Source of the DNA: an uncultured virus (IMG/VR IMGVR_UViG_2645727884_000004)
Lineage: Duplodnaviria; Heunggongvirae; Uroviricota; Caudoviricetes
Length of the DNA stretch: 64,000 nt
Virus record (IMG/VR): IMGVR_UViG_2645727884_000004
Location: 1 to 64,000 of that record
Reading direction: 5' to 3' (one strand)
The notes under the pieces are model-generated. The model saw only the letters and a list, made by a program, of their open reading frames with translations. It was not told the origin of the DNA and made no database searches. Positions 19,749 through 29,082 of this stretch are shown in pieces. Position 1 is the stretch's first letter. The number at the start of each line of letters is the position of its first letter. The position numbers and the translations under genes are program-made.

Positions 19749-19769
19749 TTGTGGCCCGGCCCTCTACAA
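19749..19769. promoter_or_regulatory. Ogr-type activator box of FI late promoter
   Basis: TTGT-N13-ACAA upstream of sheath gene. Confidence 0.6.
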
Positions 19770-19773
19770 AATG

Positions 19774-20208
19774 TCAGGATGCCAGTTCGCCTGTCAGCCA
19801 TTCCGGCGCTGCTGGCCGGTGTTCTGCGAGCGGAAACTCTCCAGCTTCCGGCCAGTCCCGGAGTGCGCGCCGGTAGGCCTGCAGGGCGCTGTATTTCTCG
19901 GTGTCGAGAGTCGGTGCTTCCCCGGTCTCAATCTCGTCGCGGTGCCGGGCAACTAGTGAGTCTGTTTCGCGCAACCGTGCGTCGCGCCAGATGCGTTCGA
20001 AGCTCTCCAGTTCGTCCCGTGTGGGAGCTGGTGGGTCCAGCAGGATCGGCCGACCGTCTTTGCCGGCTGCGATGCGCTTGCCGCGCGCCTGGGCCACGAG
20101 CAGAGCGGCGTGCTCGTCTGCGGTGATCTCTACGGCATCGTCGGGGATGTCGGTGTTGATCGCTGTGTCGTAGAAAGCGACGGGATCTGCGCCGAAGAAG
20201 TGCGCCAT
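19774..20208 (-). CDS. Tail fibre assembly chaperone
   Basis: IPDDAVEIT...YRRALRDWP...RPAAPEW. Confidence 0.85.
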   Translation of the reverse strand: MAHFFGADPVAFYDTAINTDIPDDAVEITADEHAALLVAQARGKRIAAGKDGRPILLDPPAPTRDELESFERIWRDARLRETDSLVARHRDEIETGEAPTLDTEKYSALQAYRRALRDWPEAGEFPLAEHRPAAPEWLTGELAS

Positions 20209-20217
20209 GTTCTGTCC

Positions 20218-22035
20218 TCAGTATCCGATTGCAACGTAGTTCACGGTGCCGGCCACCTCGCGCGGCGTCGAACCGCTGTTCAGTGAGCAGGCGATTGCAG
20301 TGGGCGTAATGCTCCCTGACCAGACGCTGAACCCGTACCAGCTCGAGCTGGTCCCGCCGTATTGCAGCGACGGCACGACAGTCAAGGGACCATTCGGGAA
20401 TGCGATGGGCAACGTTGCCCAGCCGGTGCTTTCACCGGTACCAGGTGGAATGCTGACGCTGCCGAACTGCAGAATCAGGCCGCTCGGAAGCTTCTGATAG
20501 CCCGGCGACGAACGCAGCGCGGGGAAGGAGGGGGTGGCTTCGACAAGCCACATCGACGCCTGGTATTTCGTGAGGGAAATCGACGTGCCGTTGGGGATGA
20601 TGTAGGTGGTCGCAGTCCCGGATGGGTCGGTTGCGCTGATGTAGCGGTCGGTTGTCGAGCGTTGCACCAGCGTTACGGTGAAGCCGCTCAGGTTGACCAA
20701 GCGCAGCGATGCGCCTTGTGGGATTGCCGAAAGTTGCGGAGTCGTCCACGTCGCCTCTCGGTTATGTGCGCCGGCCACCACAGTCAGGCCGACGAGGGGG
20801 GCGTCGAGGGTAGCATCGCCCGTCAGCACCGCTGCGCCGGCCATGCTACCGAGAGCGGCACGCACATACTCGGTCGTGGCGATCGACGAGTCCCTATCGA
20901 ACGCCGCCGGCGTCGGCGCGCTGGGGGAGCCCGTCAGGGCGAGGCTATCGGCGAGCTGGACATCTATCGTTACGTCGCTCGAGCCATCGAACTGAACGCT
21001 GCCGCTGGCCTGGCCACTCAGCGTGAGTTTGCGAGAGTTCGCGAGTTGCACGGCTTTCCCTGCGGGCTTCGTTCCGTCGATCAGCCCATCCACGAGGCCC
21101 TTCAGCGCAGCGGTCGGGCGTGACACGTGGCTGATCAGCCACAGGCCTGGCTGGTACTTCGAGATAGTTGCGGTGACGTTGTTCGGTATCGTGTACGAGA
21201 TTGCCACGCCGGACGGGTCGTCCGCGCTGATGTAATGATCCGCAGCGGTACGCTGGACCAACGTCAGCGTCGAACCGCTGATGTTGACGATGTGGAACGA
21301 CGCGCCAGTTGGTAGAACAGACAGGTTCGGCGTGGTCCATGTGAAGTCGCGGTCATGCGAGCCAGCGACGAGGATCGAACCAATTACCGGTTCATCCAGC
21401 ACCGTATTGCCGGTGTAGGAGATTGCTCGTGCGGCGCTACCCAGGGCCATTCTGACGTACTCGGTAGTCGCAAGCTTCTGGTCGTGTGCGAACAGTGGCG
21501 GGGTGGGAGCTGTTGGTGCTCCACTGAACGCCGGTGAGAAGAGGGGGGCGTAGCTCTTCAACTGGTCGAGTACATAGGCGCGCGTGGCAAGTACCACTGC
21601 CGGATCGATCTTCAACTCGACGTTCGCGGAGTTGCTGACAATCAGGTTCATGCGTACAACCTGCGTGCGTCCCGACCCCTGGTTCAGCAATGGCTTGAAG
21701 CTGGGCGCGCAGTTTGCGACCGCGACAAGGTCGTTGTCGGCATCGTAGAGTCCGATTTCCCGGATCCACCAGCCGCCGACGTTCTCCGGGATGATCTGTT
21801 CGGCGATGATCACCGCCGCATTCTGCGGATCCACTTTGAGATGGTTGAGCGGCGCCCGGCGTCGCTCGTTGATCAGCGCAGTCTGGGTGGGGGATGGAAT
21901 CGGGTCGGTGCCGCCAGCGTCACCCACGCCCATCTGGGTGATCTTCCACGGGATGCCAAGGGCATCGGCGTTGGCCTGCTTGGCCGCGCCGATGTTGGTC
22001 AGGATGGCGAAGAACTGTGAATTCTGATCGATCAT
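20218..22035 (-). CDS. Tail fibre protein H
   Basis: P2/R-pyocin N-terminus (GGWWIREIGL), duplicated knob module, C-terminal GYQKLPSGLILQFG. Confidence 0.9.
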   Translation of the reverse strand: MIDQNSQFFAILTNIGAAKQANADALGIPWKITQMGVGDAGGTDPIPSPTQTALINERRRAPLNHLKVDPQNAAVIIAEQIIPENVGGWWIREIGLYDADNDLVAVANCAPSFKPLLNQGSGRTQVVRMNLIVSNSANVELKIDPAVVLATRAYVLDQLKSYAPLFSPAFSGAPTAPTPPLFAHDQKLATTEYVRMALGSAARAISYTGNTVLDEPVIGSILVAGSHDRDFTWTTPNLSVLPTGASFHIVNISGSTLTLVQRTAADHYISADDPSGVAISYTIPNNVTATISKYQPGLWLISHVSRPTAALKGLVDGLIDGTKPAGKAVQLANSRKLTLSGQASGSVQFDGSSDVTIDVQLADSLALTGSPSAPTPAAFDRDSSIATTEYVRAALGSMAGAAVLTGDATLDAPLVGLTVVAGAHNREATWTTPQLSAIPQGASLRLVNLSGFTVTLVQRSTTDRYISATDPSGTATTYIIPNGTSISLTKYQASMWLVEATPSFPALRSSPGYQKLPSGLILQFGSVSIPPGTGESTGWATLPIAFPNGPLTVVPSLQYGGTSSSWYGFSVWSGSITPTAIACSLNSGSTPREVAGTVNYVAIGY

Positions 22036-22649
22036 GGGTACACATCCAGAGTATCGATGGTGTGATCGCGACCGCCCCGGCCGATGGTGCCGGTGACTTC
22101 GATGTCGCGGGGGCTCGGGGGATAAACGTCGATTTCGTCGCCGTCGTAGACAGCGGCGCCCAGGCGCACGCTGCCGGTGCTCTCAAGGCTGATGGCGAGG
22201 CCGACGAGGTGCCGGGTCAACGGCTTGGCATCGTCGATCAGCCAAGTCAGTTCCTCATACATCTCTTCGGTGATACCGGTTTCGAGTACGCCGACCAGCA
22301 GTTCGAAGGTTCCGGGAATGCCGGCCGGCGCCTGCTGCCACCACTCACGGACCTCGATCAGATACCCCAGTGGTTCAACTACGCGGCGCAAGGCGCCGAT
22401 CGTGCCCTTGCGCGAATGGATGAAGAATGCCGAACGGATGGCGCCGCGGCGTGCCGATTCAGGCCACGTGCTGCTCCAGCGGTCAACGGAAAACGCCCAT
22501 GCGAGGTACGGCAGCAGATTCGTAGGGCACGTATCCGGGTTGCAGAGCGTGCGCAGTGGGATCGGTACCCGCTGTATCTCCGCCAGCGCCTGGGCCGCCA
22601 GGCGTTCGAGCTCGGAGGCGTTGCGAGGCAGCAGTGGTAGCGCAGTCAT
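22032..22649 (-). CDS. Baseplate protein I
   Basis: LLPYLAWAFSVD.W...H..KGT. Confidence 0.92.
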   Translation of the reverse strand: MTALPLLPRNASELERLAAQALAEIQRVPIPLRTLCNPDTCPTNLLPYLAWAFSVDRWSSTWPESARRGAIRSAFFIHSRKGTIGALRRVVEPLGYLIEVREWWQQAPAGIPGTFELLVGVLETGITEEMYEELTWLIDDAKPLTRHLVGLAISLESTGSVRLGAAVYDGDEIDVYPPSPRDIEVTGTIGRGGRDHTIDTLDVYP

Positions 22650-23563
22650 GGCTCGGCACCGATGGTGAGTGTGATGTTCGTGCAGTACGGCGCCTGGCAT
22701 GCAGTGGCGGCGATGTCTGCCCAGCCGGCGAGTTCGACTTTACGAACCCCTTCGACGTGCAGCGCGGCATGGATCGCCGACTCTGATACTTCCATCCCCA
22801 ACCGCCGTCGTTGAAAGACATAGGCCTCGAGCTGCGCGCGGGCGGCGGCCTGGATCGGCTCGGCTTCGGGGCCGATGGTCGTAAGAAACAGCGATGCGCT
22901 GATGCTGTACTCGATGACTTCGGCGCTCTGGACGATCAGTCGGTCGGCGACTGGGCGGCGATCTTCGTCTGAGAGATAGCGCTCTACGACGGCCAGCAAC
23001 TCTGCTGGAGCTGAACCGTTACCGATGGCCGACTGCACAGTGACCACTGCAACCGCAGGTGATGGGCTGACGGCCGAGGCATCGCCGACGCGACCGTCGG
23101 CGGCGCGGGCGTGGAAGATGTAGCTGTTACGCGGTCCCGCGGTGCTGAGGCCTTCCCAGGCCATCTGCGCCCGCTCGCGCAGGCTGTCGTCGGACTCCAG
23201 CAGTTCCGGCACGGGCGGCACCTTCGACGGATCTCCGGGCTGGATGACCAAGCGCCTGACGTTGTAGTTGGCGGCGAGCTGGTCGAGGTCGGCGCCCTGG
23301 GCGCTGGCCAGCATGTTTGCGAGAGCCGCCTCGTTGACCCGCTGGCGCCAGAGCATTTCGCGGTATGCGTTTTCCTCGAGCAGCTTGGTCAGCGGTTCGG
23401 ACTCCAGGGCGAGGCGGGCGGCGATTTCCGCCTGCTGATCCTCCGGCCAGAGGCTGATGGCGTAGGCCTTGCGCTCGGCGAGTATCTGCTCGTAGTCCAG
23501 CTGCTCCACCGCGTGTGGTGGCGGCAACTGGCTGAGGTCGATGGCGACGAAGTTCGTTGTCAT
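22646..23563 (-). CDS. Baseplate protein J
   Basis: IDLSQLPPP...LESEPL...STAGP. Confidence 0.92.
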   Translation of the reverse strand: MTTNFVAIDLSQLPPPHAVEQLDYEQILAERKAYAISLWPEDQQAEIAARLALESEPLTKLLEENAYREMLWRQRVNEAALANMLASAQGADLDQLAANYNVRRLVIQPGDPSKVPPVPELLESDDSLRERAQMAWEGLSTAGPRNSYIFHARAADGRVGDASAVSPSPAVAVVTVQSAIGNGSAPAELLAVVERYLSDEDRRPVADRLIVQSAEVIEYSISASLFLTTIGPEAEPIQAAARAQLEAYVFQRRRLGMEVSESAIHAALHVEGVRKVELAGWADIAATACQAPYCTNITLTIGAEP

Positions 23564-23904
23564 GCGCTGGCGCCCATCTGCAGGGGGATGCTCAGGTTGT
23601 GTGGCTCGTTGCTGTCCACCAGGGTGGCGTCAATCTCCATAAGCACCTGGCCGGCCAGGTTCTGGCCGGTGATCTGGACACGGCTCAGGCGGATGCGCGG
23701 TTCCCAGCGCATGAGGGCCATGGCGGTGGCGGCATAGACCTGCAGGCGGGTGGTGTCGTTGAACGGAGCATCGATCAGCTCCGGCAACTGGCTGCCGTAT
23801 TCGCGCCGCATGACGCGGCTACCGATGCGAGTGGTGAGGATGTCGGCGATTGACTGGCGGATGTGTGCCAAGCGGTCGATGGTGCCGCCGGTATGGGCGT
23901 TCAT
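23560..23904 (-). CDS. Baseplate protein W (gp25-like)
   Basis: HIRQSIADIL.T.IGSRVMRREYGS...WEPR. Confidence 0.92.
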   Translation of the reverse strand: MNAHTGGTIDRLAHIRQSIADILTTRIGSRVMRREYGSQLPELIDAPFNDTTRLQVYAATAMALMRWEPRIRLSRVQITGQNLAGQVLMEIDATLVDSNEPHNLSIPLQMGASA

Positions 23905-24473
23905 TGCGGTTTCCCCGTCGTAGCGCCGCCCGGCATGACGCCGCCGTGGGTATGACCGACCAGGCTGATGCCCTTGGCGATCACGTCGACGCTCACGGTG
24001 ACCTTGCCGGTAACGGTCTGGTTGCCGGTCTGGATGTAGTCGCCTTGGTGGGTGATGTCGCCGACGATACGGATGCCGCCGTCGCTGATGAGCTCGGTGG
24101 TACCGCCGGCGGGAAGAACTGCGCGCAGGTGGTGGGCGGCGCTGTCGTACTCGATCACCGCGCCGTCACGGTAGGTGGTGCGATGCAGGGCGTCGCGGTC
24201 GCCGTTGGGCGGGATCAGGTCACTGAACAAGCCGGTCAGGACCACGCCATTCGCGGTCTGCCCGGATGGGCTGAAGAGCAGTACCTGCTCGTTCAGGGTG
24301 GGGGCGTTCCATTCGCGGTCGGCGCCGGCCCGCGGCGATGCCCAGGGCAGCCAGCCGGTCAGCAGGTCACCGGTCAACACACGGACGCGCTGCGCGGCAT
24401 GGTCCACCGCGGCGATGGTGCCGAGGCGGATCAGGTTCTCGATCATGCGGGAGAGGGCGGCGAAGTCGTTCAT
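23901..24473 (-). CDS. Baseplate spike protein V
   Basis: ENLIRLGTI...WLPW...HTHGGV. Confidence 0.92.
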   Translation of the reverse strand: MNDFAALSRMIENLIRLGTIAAVDHAAQRVRVLTGDLLTGWLPWASPRAGADREWNAPTLNEQVLLFSPSGQTANGVVLTGLFSDLIPPNGDRDALHRTTYRDGAVIEYDSAAHHLRAVLPAGGTTELISDGGIRIVGDITHQGDYIQTGNQTVTGKVTVSVDVIAKGISLVGHTHGGVMPGGATTGKPQ

Positions 24474-24520
24474 GCCACCGATGTTTATTATGTTTTTGTG
24501 CTGCGTGAATCTTTTAAGCC

Positions 24521-24540
24521 TGTACTGTGGCTGACTACAA
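24521..24540. promoter_or_regulatory. Ogr-type activator box of V late promoter
   Basis: TGT-N13-ACAA upstream of gene V. Confidence 0.55.
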
Positions 24541-24552
24541 ATAGTCGCTACC

Positions 24553-25281
24553 CTAGTCCGACGAGTCTGCTTGGGCGCCGCTTAAGTAATCTTCAATGGA
24601 GGCTTTGTCTGTTAAGATTTTGGAGTATTCATTGTTGTGCTTTATTTTTTCGCTAAGTTGGTTTAGCTCGTCTGCAATACCCTTGGTGAGAATTTCTAGA
24701 TCAGGGAGTAAGACCAAGGTTGATTGGTTGTTCTGTAAGATTGTGTAAAGCTCTTTGTTGTTTTTGTCTCCTGAGTAGAATTTGTTGATAAATTCATCAT
24801 CAATTATTGTGATTCCTTCTAGACCTGAATGGTGAGGCTCAAATGGTAGGGTGGCGAGATCACAATAGGCAGGGTGGTGAGTGAGGAGAAATGCTTTTGG
24901 GTGTTTGAGGAAGTTTGCCCACCGTTTTATGGTTATTGTATTTTTGAAGTCCTTGTTTTTAATATCTTGGGGGTAGGATATTAATTTCAATACTTCATGT
25001 ATATTTTCGGATAGCAAATACAGCCATAATATATAGGTTTTTTCTGCAAAAGCTTCGTCTGCTGGGTAAGATAGACTTTTGGTGCTTTTTGATAGTAAGT
25101 CTGCAGCGTCTTTGAGGTTTATAACGTTGCCGGCGAGATTGCAGGCAATGCAGTTGTGACTATCCTTGTCTGGGGATATATCATGCAGGCTGCATATGCT
25201 GGGGTACTCGTTTGTGAATAATTCTTTTTCTATTATTTTTAATATGTTCTCAAATTTTCTGTTTGTTAGGGATTCTTTCAT
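24553..25281 (-). CDS. AT-rich moron, hypothetical (R-x6-H motif)
   Basis: 242 aa between S and V; CIACN and RWANFLKH. Confidence 0.8.
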   Translation of the reverse strand: MKESLTNRKFENILKIIEKELFTNEYPSICSLHDISPDKDSHNCIACNLAGNVINLKDAADLLSKSTKSLSYPADEAFAEKTYILWLYLLSENIHEVLKLISYPQDIKNKDFKNTITIKRWANFLKHPKAFLLTHHPAYCDLATLPFEPHHSGLEGITIIDDEFINKFYSGDKNNKELYTILQNNQSTLVLLPDLEILTKGIADELNQLSEKIKHNNEYSKILTDKASIEDYLSGAQADSSD

Positions 25282-25314
25282 TTCGTTGTCTCGATATTAG
25301 ACAGCCCGTCGAGG

Positions 25315-25785
25315 CTAAATGGGAGAGTTTGCGTCTATGTGCGCCAAAATTCCATTCTGGATCGTTTCCATATCGCTGCTATCAAAGCCAAGTAGGAGAC
25401 GCTGCGCGTAGCTGACTTCGGGAGCGCCAGGCTCAGCACGGTCCCTCAGCCCGTACTGGTGAACCCGCGCGATGCGTGCGATCCGACCAGCGAAGGAAAC
25501 AGTAATCGCCTGGGCGTCGCCCTTGGCGCGCAGATAGCGCACCGTGCGCAGCTTCTGGAACATCTTGATCTTGCGCCGAATACGACCCTGCTTGCCGCGC
25601 AGTTCGCGTTTCTTGCGTGGCTCGTAGGCGCTTCCGTCGGGGTTGCGCTGTGCCATTACGCGCTTCTGCTGGCTGCGCCGTAGATCGCGGGCGAGCGAAC
25701 GCGCCAGGGCAGCACGAGGGCCTGGCTCGAGGGCGCGGAGAATCGGCCCTGCCCAGTCTTCCAGAGCCTCGAGGCTGTCAGCCAT
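25315..25785 (-). CDS. Tail completion protein S
   Basis: AQRNPDGSAYEPRK...ARVHQYG...RLLLG. Confidence 0.9.
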   Translation of the reverse strand: MADSLEALEDWAGPILRALEPGPRAALARSLARDLRRSQQKRVMAQRNPDGSAYEPRKKRELRGKQGRIRRKIKMFQKLRTVRYLRAKGDAQAITVSFAGRIARIARVHQYGLRDRAEPGAPEVSYAQRLLLGFDSSDMETIQNGILAHIDANSPI

Positions 25786-26314
25786 TGGCCGGGCGCCTGA
25801 TCTGCGGCGTCTCGAGCATGACGGCCTCGGTGGGCGTCGGCGGCGTCCACTCGGCCAGCAGCTCGCCGTTGGCGAGCATCTGCATCGGCCCATCGACCTC
25901 GATGGCCTCGGTGAGCTGGGGCTCTTCCGGGTGACTCACATCGTAGCGGCCATCCTCGCGGCGCTTGACGACGACACGCTCGGTCAGTTGCAGGACGATA
26001 CCGAGGTCGACCTTGCTGCGGTCGAGCATGTCGGCCTCGAAGGTGATGCCGTCCTGCACCTTGGTGAGGTTGGCCAGCAGATCCGACTGGTTCACCAGCA
26101 GCCAGCCGAGCAGCGGCAGAAACACGCTGTCGGGGTGCCCGGCGAAGTCGGTGAGGATCACCTGCAGGTCATAGGCGTATTCGAAGGACAGGCTCTCGGC
26201 CGAGGTGCTGCGGACCCTACCGTTGTCGATGAATATCACCAGGCGGTCGCCGTTGTTCCTGAGTTCCGGCACGGCGGCGAGCAGATGCGCCTTCAGGCTA
26301 TCGAGCTTGTTCAT
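25778..26314 (-). CDS. Tail completion protein R
   Basis: SLSFEYAY.L...DF.G...LTERV. Confidence 0.9.
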   Translation of the reverse strand: MNKLDSLKAHLLAAVPELRNNGDRLVIFIDNGRVRSTSAESLSFEYAYDLQVILTDFAGHPDSVFLPLLGWLLVNQSDLLANLTKVQDGITFEADMLDRSKVDLGIVLQLTERVVVKRREDGRYDVSHPEEPQLTEAIEVDGPMQMLANGELLAEWTPPTPTEAVMLETPQIRRPANG

Positions 26315-26567
26315 GGGTAGCCCCTTGGGTGCGGATGATCATGTCGACCTTCGCGGCGCACTCGGCCCAGGCCAGGCCGATACGCTCGACCTCAGTCTGT
26401 AGACCACCGTTGTCCTTCGGTGCCGCTGACTCCAGGCTGCAGGGCGTCACGGCGGGACAGCCACTGATGGTAAGCGGCCGCTCCGGTGATAGCGGGGCGC
26501 TGTTGCAGCCGGCGAGCAACATCAGGCAGAGGCTGGTCAGCCCACTGGCGATAGGGTTCATCGTCAC
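26298..26567 (-). CDS. o-spanin (LysC/Rz1-like lipoprotein)
   Basis: Lipobox LLAGC, GCPAVTPC; overlaps LysB. Confidence 0.8.
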   Translation of the reverse strand: MTMNPIASGLTSLCLMLLAGCNSAPLSPERPLTISGCPAVTPCSLESAAPKDNGGLQTEVERIGLAWAECAAKVDMIIRTQGATHEQAR

Positions 26568-26853
26568 GTTTCAGGTCCTCGATCAAGCGTTCGCGGATGG
26601 CCAGCGCCTGGCGCAGCTGCTGCCGCTGTTGGTCCAGGTCGGCCTGAGCCTGGCGCTCGCGGGAAAGGGCGGCCTCGAGGGCCGTGATGGTGCCGGCCTG
26701 GCGGGAAAGCTGGGCGTCGCTGGCTTTCCTTGCCAACTCGGCCTGGGCCAGGCGGGCCTGCGCCAGGTCGATGCGCTGCTGCTGTACCCACAGGAGCAAG
26801 CCGAGGGCGCCGAGCAGGGCGGCGCTGTACAACACCTGGCGCAGAAGGCTCAC
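26392..26853 (-). CDS. i-spanin (LysB/Rz-like)
   Basis: GTG start, N-terminal TM, coiled coil, WADQPLP. Confidence 0.8.
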   Translation of the reverse strand: MSLLRQVLYSAALLGALGLLLWVQQQRIDLAQARLAQAELARKASDAQLSRQAGTITALEAALSRERQAQADLDQQRQQLRQALAIRERLIEDLKRDDEPYRQWADQPLPDVARRLQQRPAITGAAAYHQWLSRRDALQPGVSGTEGQRWSTD

Positions 26854-27656
26854 GCGCTGGCCTCGGTGCAGTTGGCGTGTTGCTCGTAGGCTCGCGCGAG
26901 CTTGGTGTCGTAGAGGTTCCGCTTGTAGTCGGGGCCGTTGTAGAGGCGGGCGAAGTCGGCCCATTTGCGAGCCTTCAGCGCCTTGTGTAGCGCCGGGTCG
27001 GTGTCGATGAAGCGGACGAACGCTTCGAACTGAGCCGACTCGCTGCGCCCCATGGCCTCGGCGAAGGCCTGCACGCTGATGTAGCCCAGGCGTTGCCAGT
27101 GGAAACCCATGATCTGGAAGGCGCCCCAACTGGCCGACTCCAGTGCGGCGGTATCGTCGATCTGGCGAGCGTTCGCCAGGCGCTGGTGCTCGGCGGTTCC
27201 GCCGGCATAGCCGCCCGGGCGAGGATTCACCAGCGCGGGGAACTGTGCGGCCAACTGGTCGGCGGTGACCTGATCGTGGGCGGCGAGACGGCGGTACATG
27301 ATGTGGCGTTCGAACAGGATTGCCGGCTTGCCGTTGCCCAGGAACCCCTGGCCGTTCGACTCGACCTGGTTGACTGCATAGATCGTCGCCAGCGGCAGGC
27401 CGAGGCGAGCTCCGGCGGCGACGAGGTCGGCGTTTTGCAGCAGGTGCGAACAGTCAGCGCCGCCGAGGGCGGACAGTGTCTTCGGGCCGGCGATGCCATC
27501 GGCGACCAGTCCATGCGAGCGCTGAAAGGCGCGCACCGCGTCCTCGGTGGCGGCGCCGAAGTGGCCGTCCTCGTAGAGGTTGGCGCCGGCCCAGGTGTTC
27601 AGTCGACGCTGAAGCTGGCGGACCTCTTGAGAACGATCACCATATCGAAGGGTCAT
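26850..27656 (-). CDS. Endolysin: PG-binding domain + N-acetylmuramidase (DUF3380-type)
   Basis: DGIAGPKT; VESNG..ILFERH; SWGAFQIMGFH; YNGP. Confidence 0.92.
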   Translation of the reverse strand: MTLRYGDRSQEVRQLQRRLNTWAGANLYEDGHFGAATEDAVRAFQRSHGLVADGIAGPKTLSALGGADCSHLLQNADLVAAGARLGLPLATIYAVNQVESNGQGFLGNGKPAILFERHIMYRRLAAHDQVTADQLAAQFPALVNPRPGGYAGGTAEHQRLANARQIDDTAALESASWGAFQIMGFHWQRLGYISVQAFAEAMGRSESAQFEAFVRFIDTDPALHKALKARKWADFARLYNGPDYKRNLYDTKLARAYEQHANCTEASA

Positions 27657-27925
27657 GCGGATGGCCTCAGCAGGGCGGCGACGTTGCCGCGGGAACGGAA
27701 GATCAGCAGGCACAGCAGGGCGGCGACGATGGCGTGCCAGATACTGACCGGTGGGCGGTAGAGCAGGATTTCCAGGCCGCAGATGGCCATGGATGCGCCG
27801 AGCAGGCTGGCGAGCAACGAGACGCTGCGGCGGAAGCGAGCGCCGCAGCGCTGGTAGCAGACCAGGCGCAGCGCTGCGGCGATGTAGGCCAGGGCGGCGA
27901 TCAACGGAACGGTAGTCATGAGCAT
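27653..27925 (-). CDS. Holin-family membrane protein
   Basis: Three hydrophobic segments, RGNVA C-terminal motif. Confidence 0.8.
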   Translation of the reverse strand: MLMTTVPLIAALAYIAAALRLVCYQRCGARFRRSVSLLASLLGASMAICGLEILLYRPPVSIWHAIVAALLCLLIFRSRGNVAALLRPSA

Positions 27926-27926
27926 G

Positions 27927-28280
27927 TCAGCGACCTCCTCGGATGCGGCGCCAGAGGTCGTCGAAGTCGACCTTGTCGACCCAGGCGACCGCCTTGAGGC
28001 TGAGAGGAATGACCACCAGGGCGCAGACGAAGGCAGAGAAGGCCAGGTTGGTCAGCCAGGGCACACGGGCGAGGGCAACATCGGCGAACAGGTAGCCGAC
28101 GCAGGTCGGCAGGATCAGCGACAGCAGACGCGACCAGGCCTTCAGGTCCTGCTTCGTGCCGGTGGCCAGCCAGGCGCCGAGCAGGGCGCCGAACAGCATG
28201 CCGCCGTCAACCGGAAGGGTTACGCCCAGGCCGAGGCCCATGATGGCGCCGGCCGTGGCGGTGGTGGTGAGGTCAGCCAT
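27927..28280 (-). CDS. Putative holin/antiholin
   Basis: Multi-TM, GALLGA motif, in lysis cassette. Confidence 0.75.
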   Translation of the reverse strand: MADLTTTATAGAIMGLGLGVTLPVDGGMLFGALLGAWLATGTKQDLKAWSRLLSLILPTCVGYLFADVALARVPWLTNLAFSAFVCALVVIPLSLKAVAWVDKVDFDDLWRRIRGGR

Positions 28281-28304
28281 GCGGGGTGGTTCCTTGCAAA
28301 GTGG

Positions 28305-28518
28305 TCAGTCCCATAGGTTCACCATCTGCCGTTCCGGGGCGGCTGTCGGAATGTCCGGCATGGTGACCTTGAGGCCAGGGGGGGAGGGTGGGGCCGTGGT
28401 CGGCCAGGCCGTGGTTCGCCTCGAGGACCGCCTCGGTCACGCCGGCGGTGCGGCCGTAGTGCCGCCAGCACAGCGCCTCGACGGTGTCGTTCTGGTGGGC
28501 GATCGCGACGGCGGCCAT
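28305..28518 (-). pseudogene. Tail protein X, +1 frameshift in G7 run (28378-28384)
   Basis: Removing one base restores LPPGLKVTMPD...VNLWD*, the typical gpX ending. Confidence 0.8.
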
Positions 28519-28979
28519 CAGATCAGCTCCACCGTTGTGCGGGGACGCTTGAGAAAGTCACGGATCGCCCAGCGCTGGTCGCGGCGGTAGTCGTCGATGG
28601 TGGTTGCGATGTCCTGGGCCTTGTCGTTGCCGTTGGTGGTGGTGTCGTACCAGCGGTAGCGCTCGGCCACTTCGGCGGCGGTAGCCGACTGCACTGCGCG
28701 CAGATACAGCTGCACCAGTTCGGAGGTGTCCCGCACCTTGTCGGACGGCACCTGGGCGAGTTCGGCATAGCCGGCCGCGATCTTCTCAAGGCGCCAGGTC
28801 CGCAGCTCGCGGTTGACGCTGATCACCGCGGCAATGACCGCGACTTCAAGGCGCGCCGGGTCGACGCTGGAGTCGATGCGCAGGTTCGCGCGCACATGCT
28901 CGAGCTCGATGGTGGGCCAGAAGGGGTCGCTGTTGATGTGCCCGCTCGGGACCGGGCCGTTGGCGATGAATCCGCTCAT
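28518..28979 (-). CDS. Head completion protein L
   Basis: FWP.I...YLRAV...RWAIRD...TTVELI. Confidence 0.9.
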   Translation of the reverse strand: MSGFIANGPVPSGHINSDPFWPTIELEHVRANLRIDSSVDPARLEVAVIAAVISVNRELRTWRLEKIAAGYAELAQVPSDKVRDTSELVQLYLRAVQSATAAEVAERYRWYDTTTNGNDKAQDIATTIDDYRRDQRWAIRDFLKRPRTTVELI

Positions 28980-29082
28980 GCTGCTGCTCGCTTGAGTTCG
29001 CCGGTGGTCGGGGCGTCACTGCTCAGGAAGGAGAGGACCTGGCAGATCGGCCCCGAGCCGGCGGGGCGCGGGGTACGCTCGG

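Noticed and set aside
19760..19768. CCTCTACA in phage 1 as a copy of the phage 2 hairpin motif
   Set aside because: No flanking stem or CACAGCAC; explained as half of the Ogr box.
20218..22035. Tail fibre as a third DGR target
   Set aside because: No match to the TR seen by eye; phage 2 tail genes lie outside the window and remain unchecked.
12945..28518. R-type pyocin locus
   Set aside because: Capsid, terminase, portal, cos, integrase and att sites are present, so this is a prophage.
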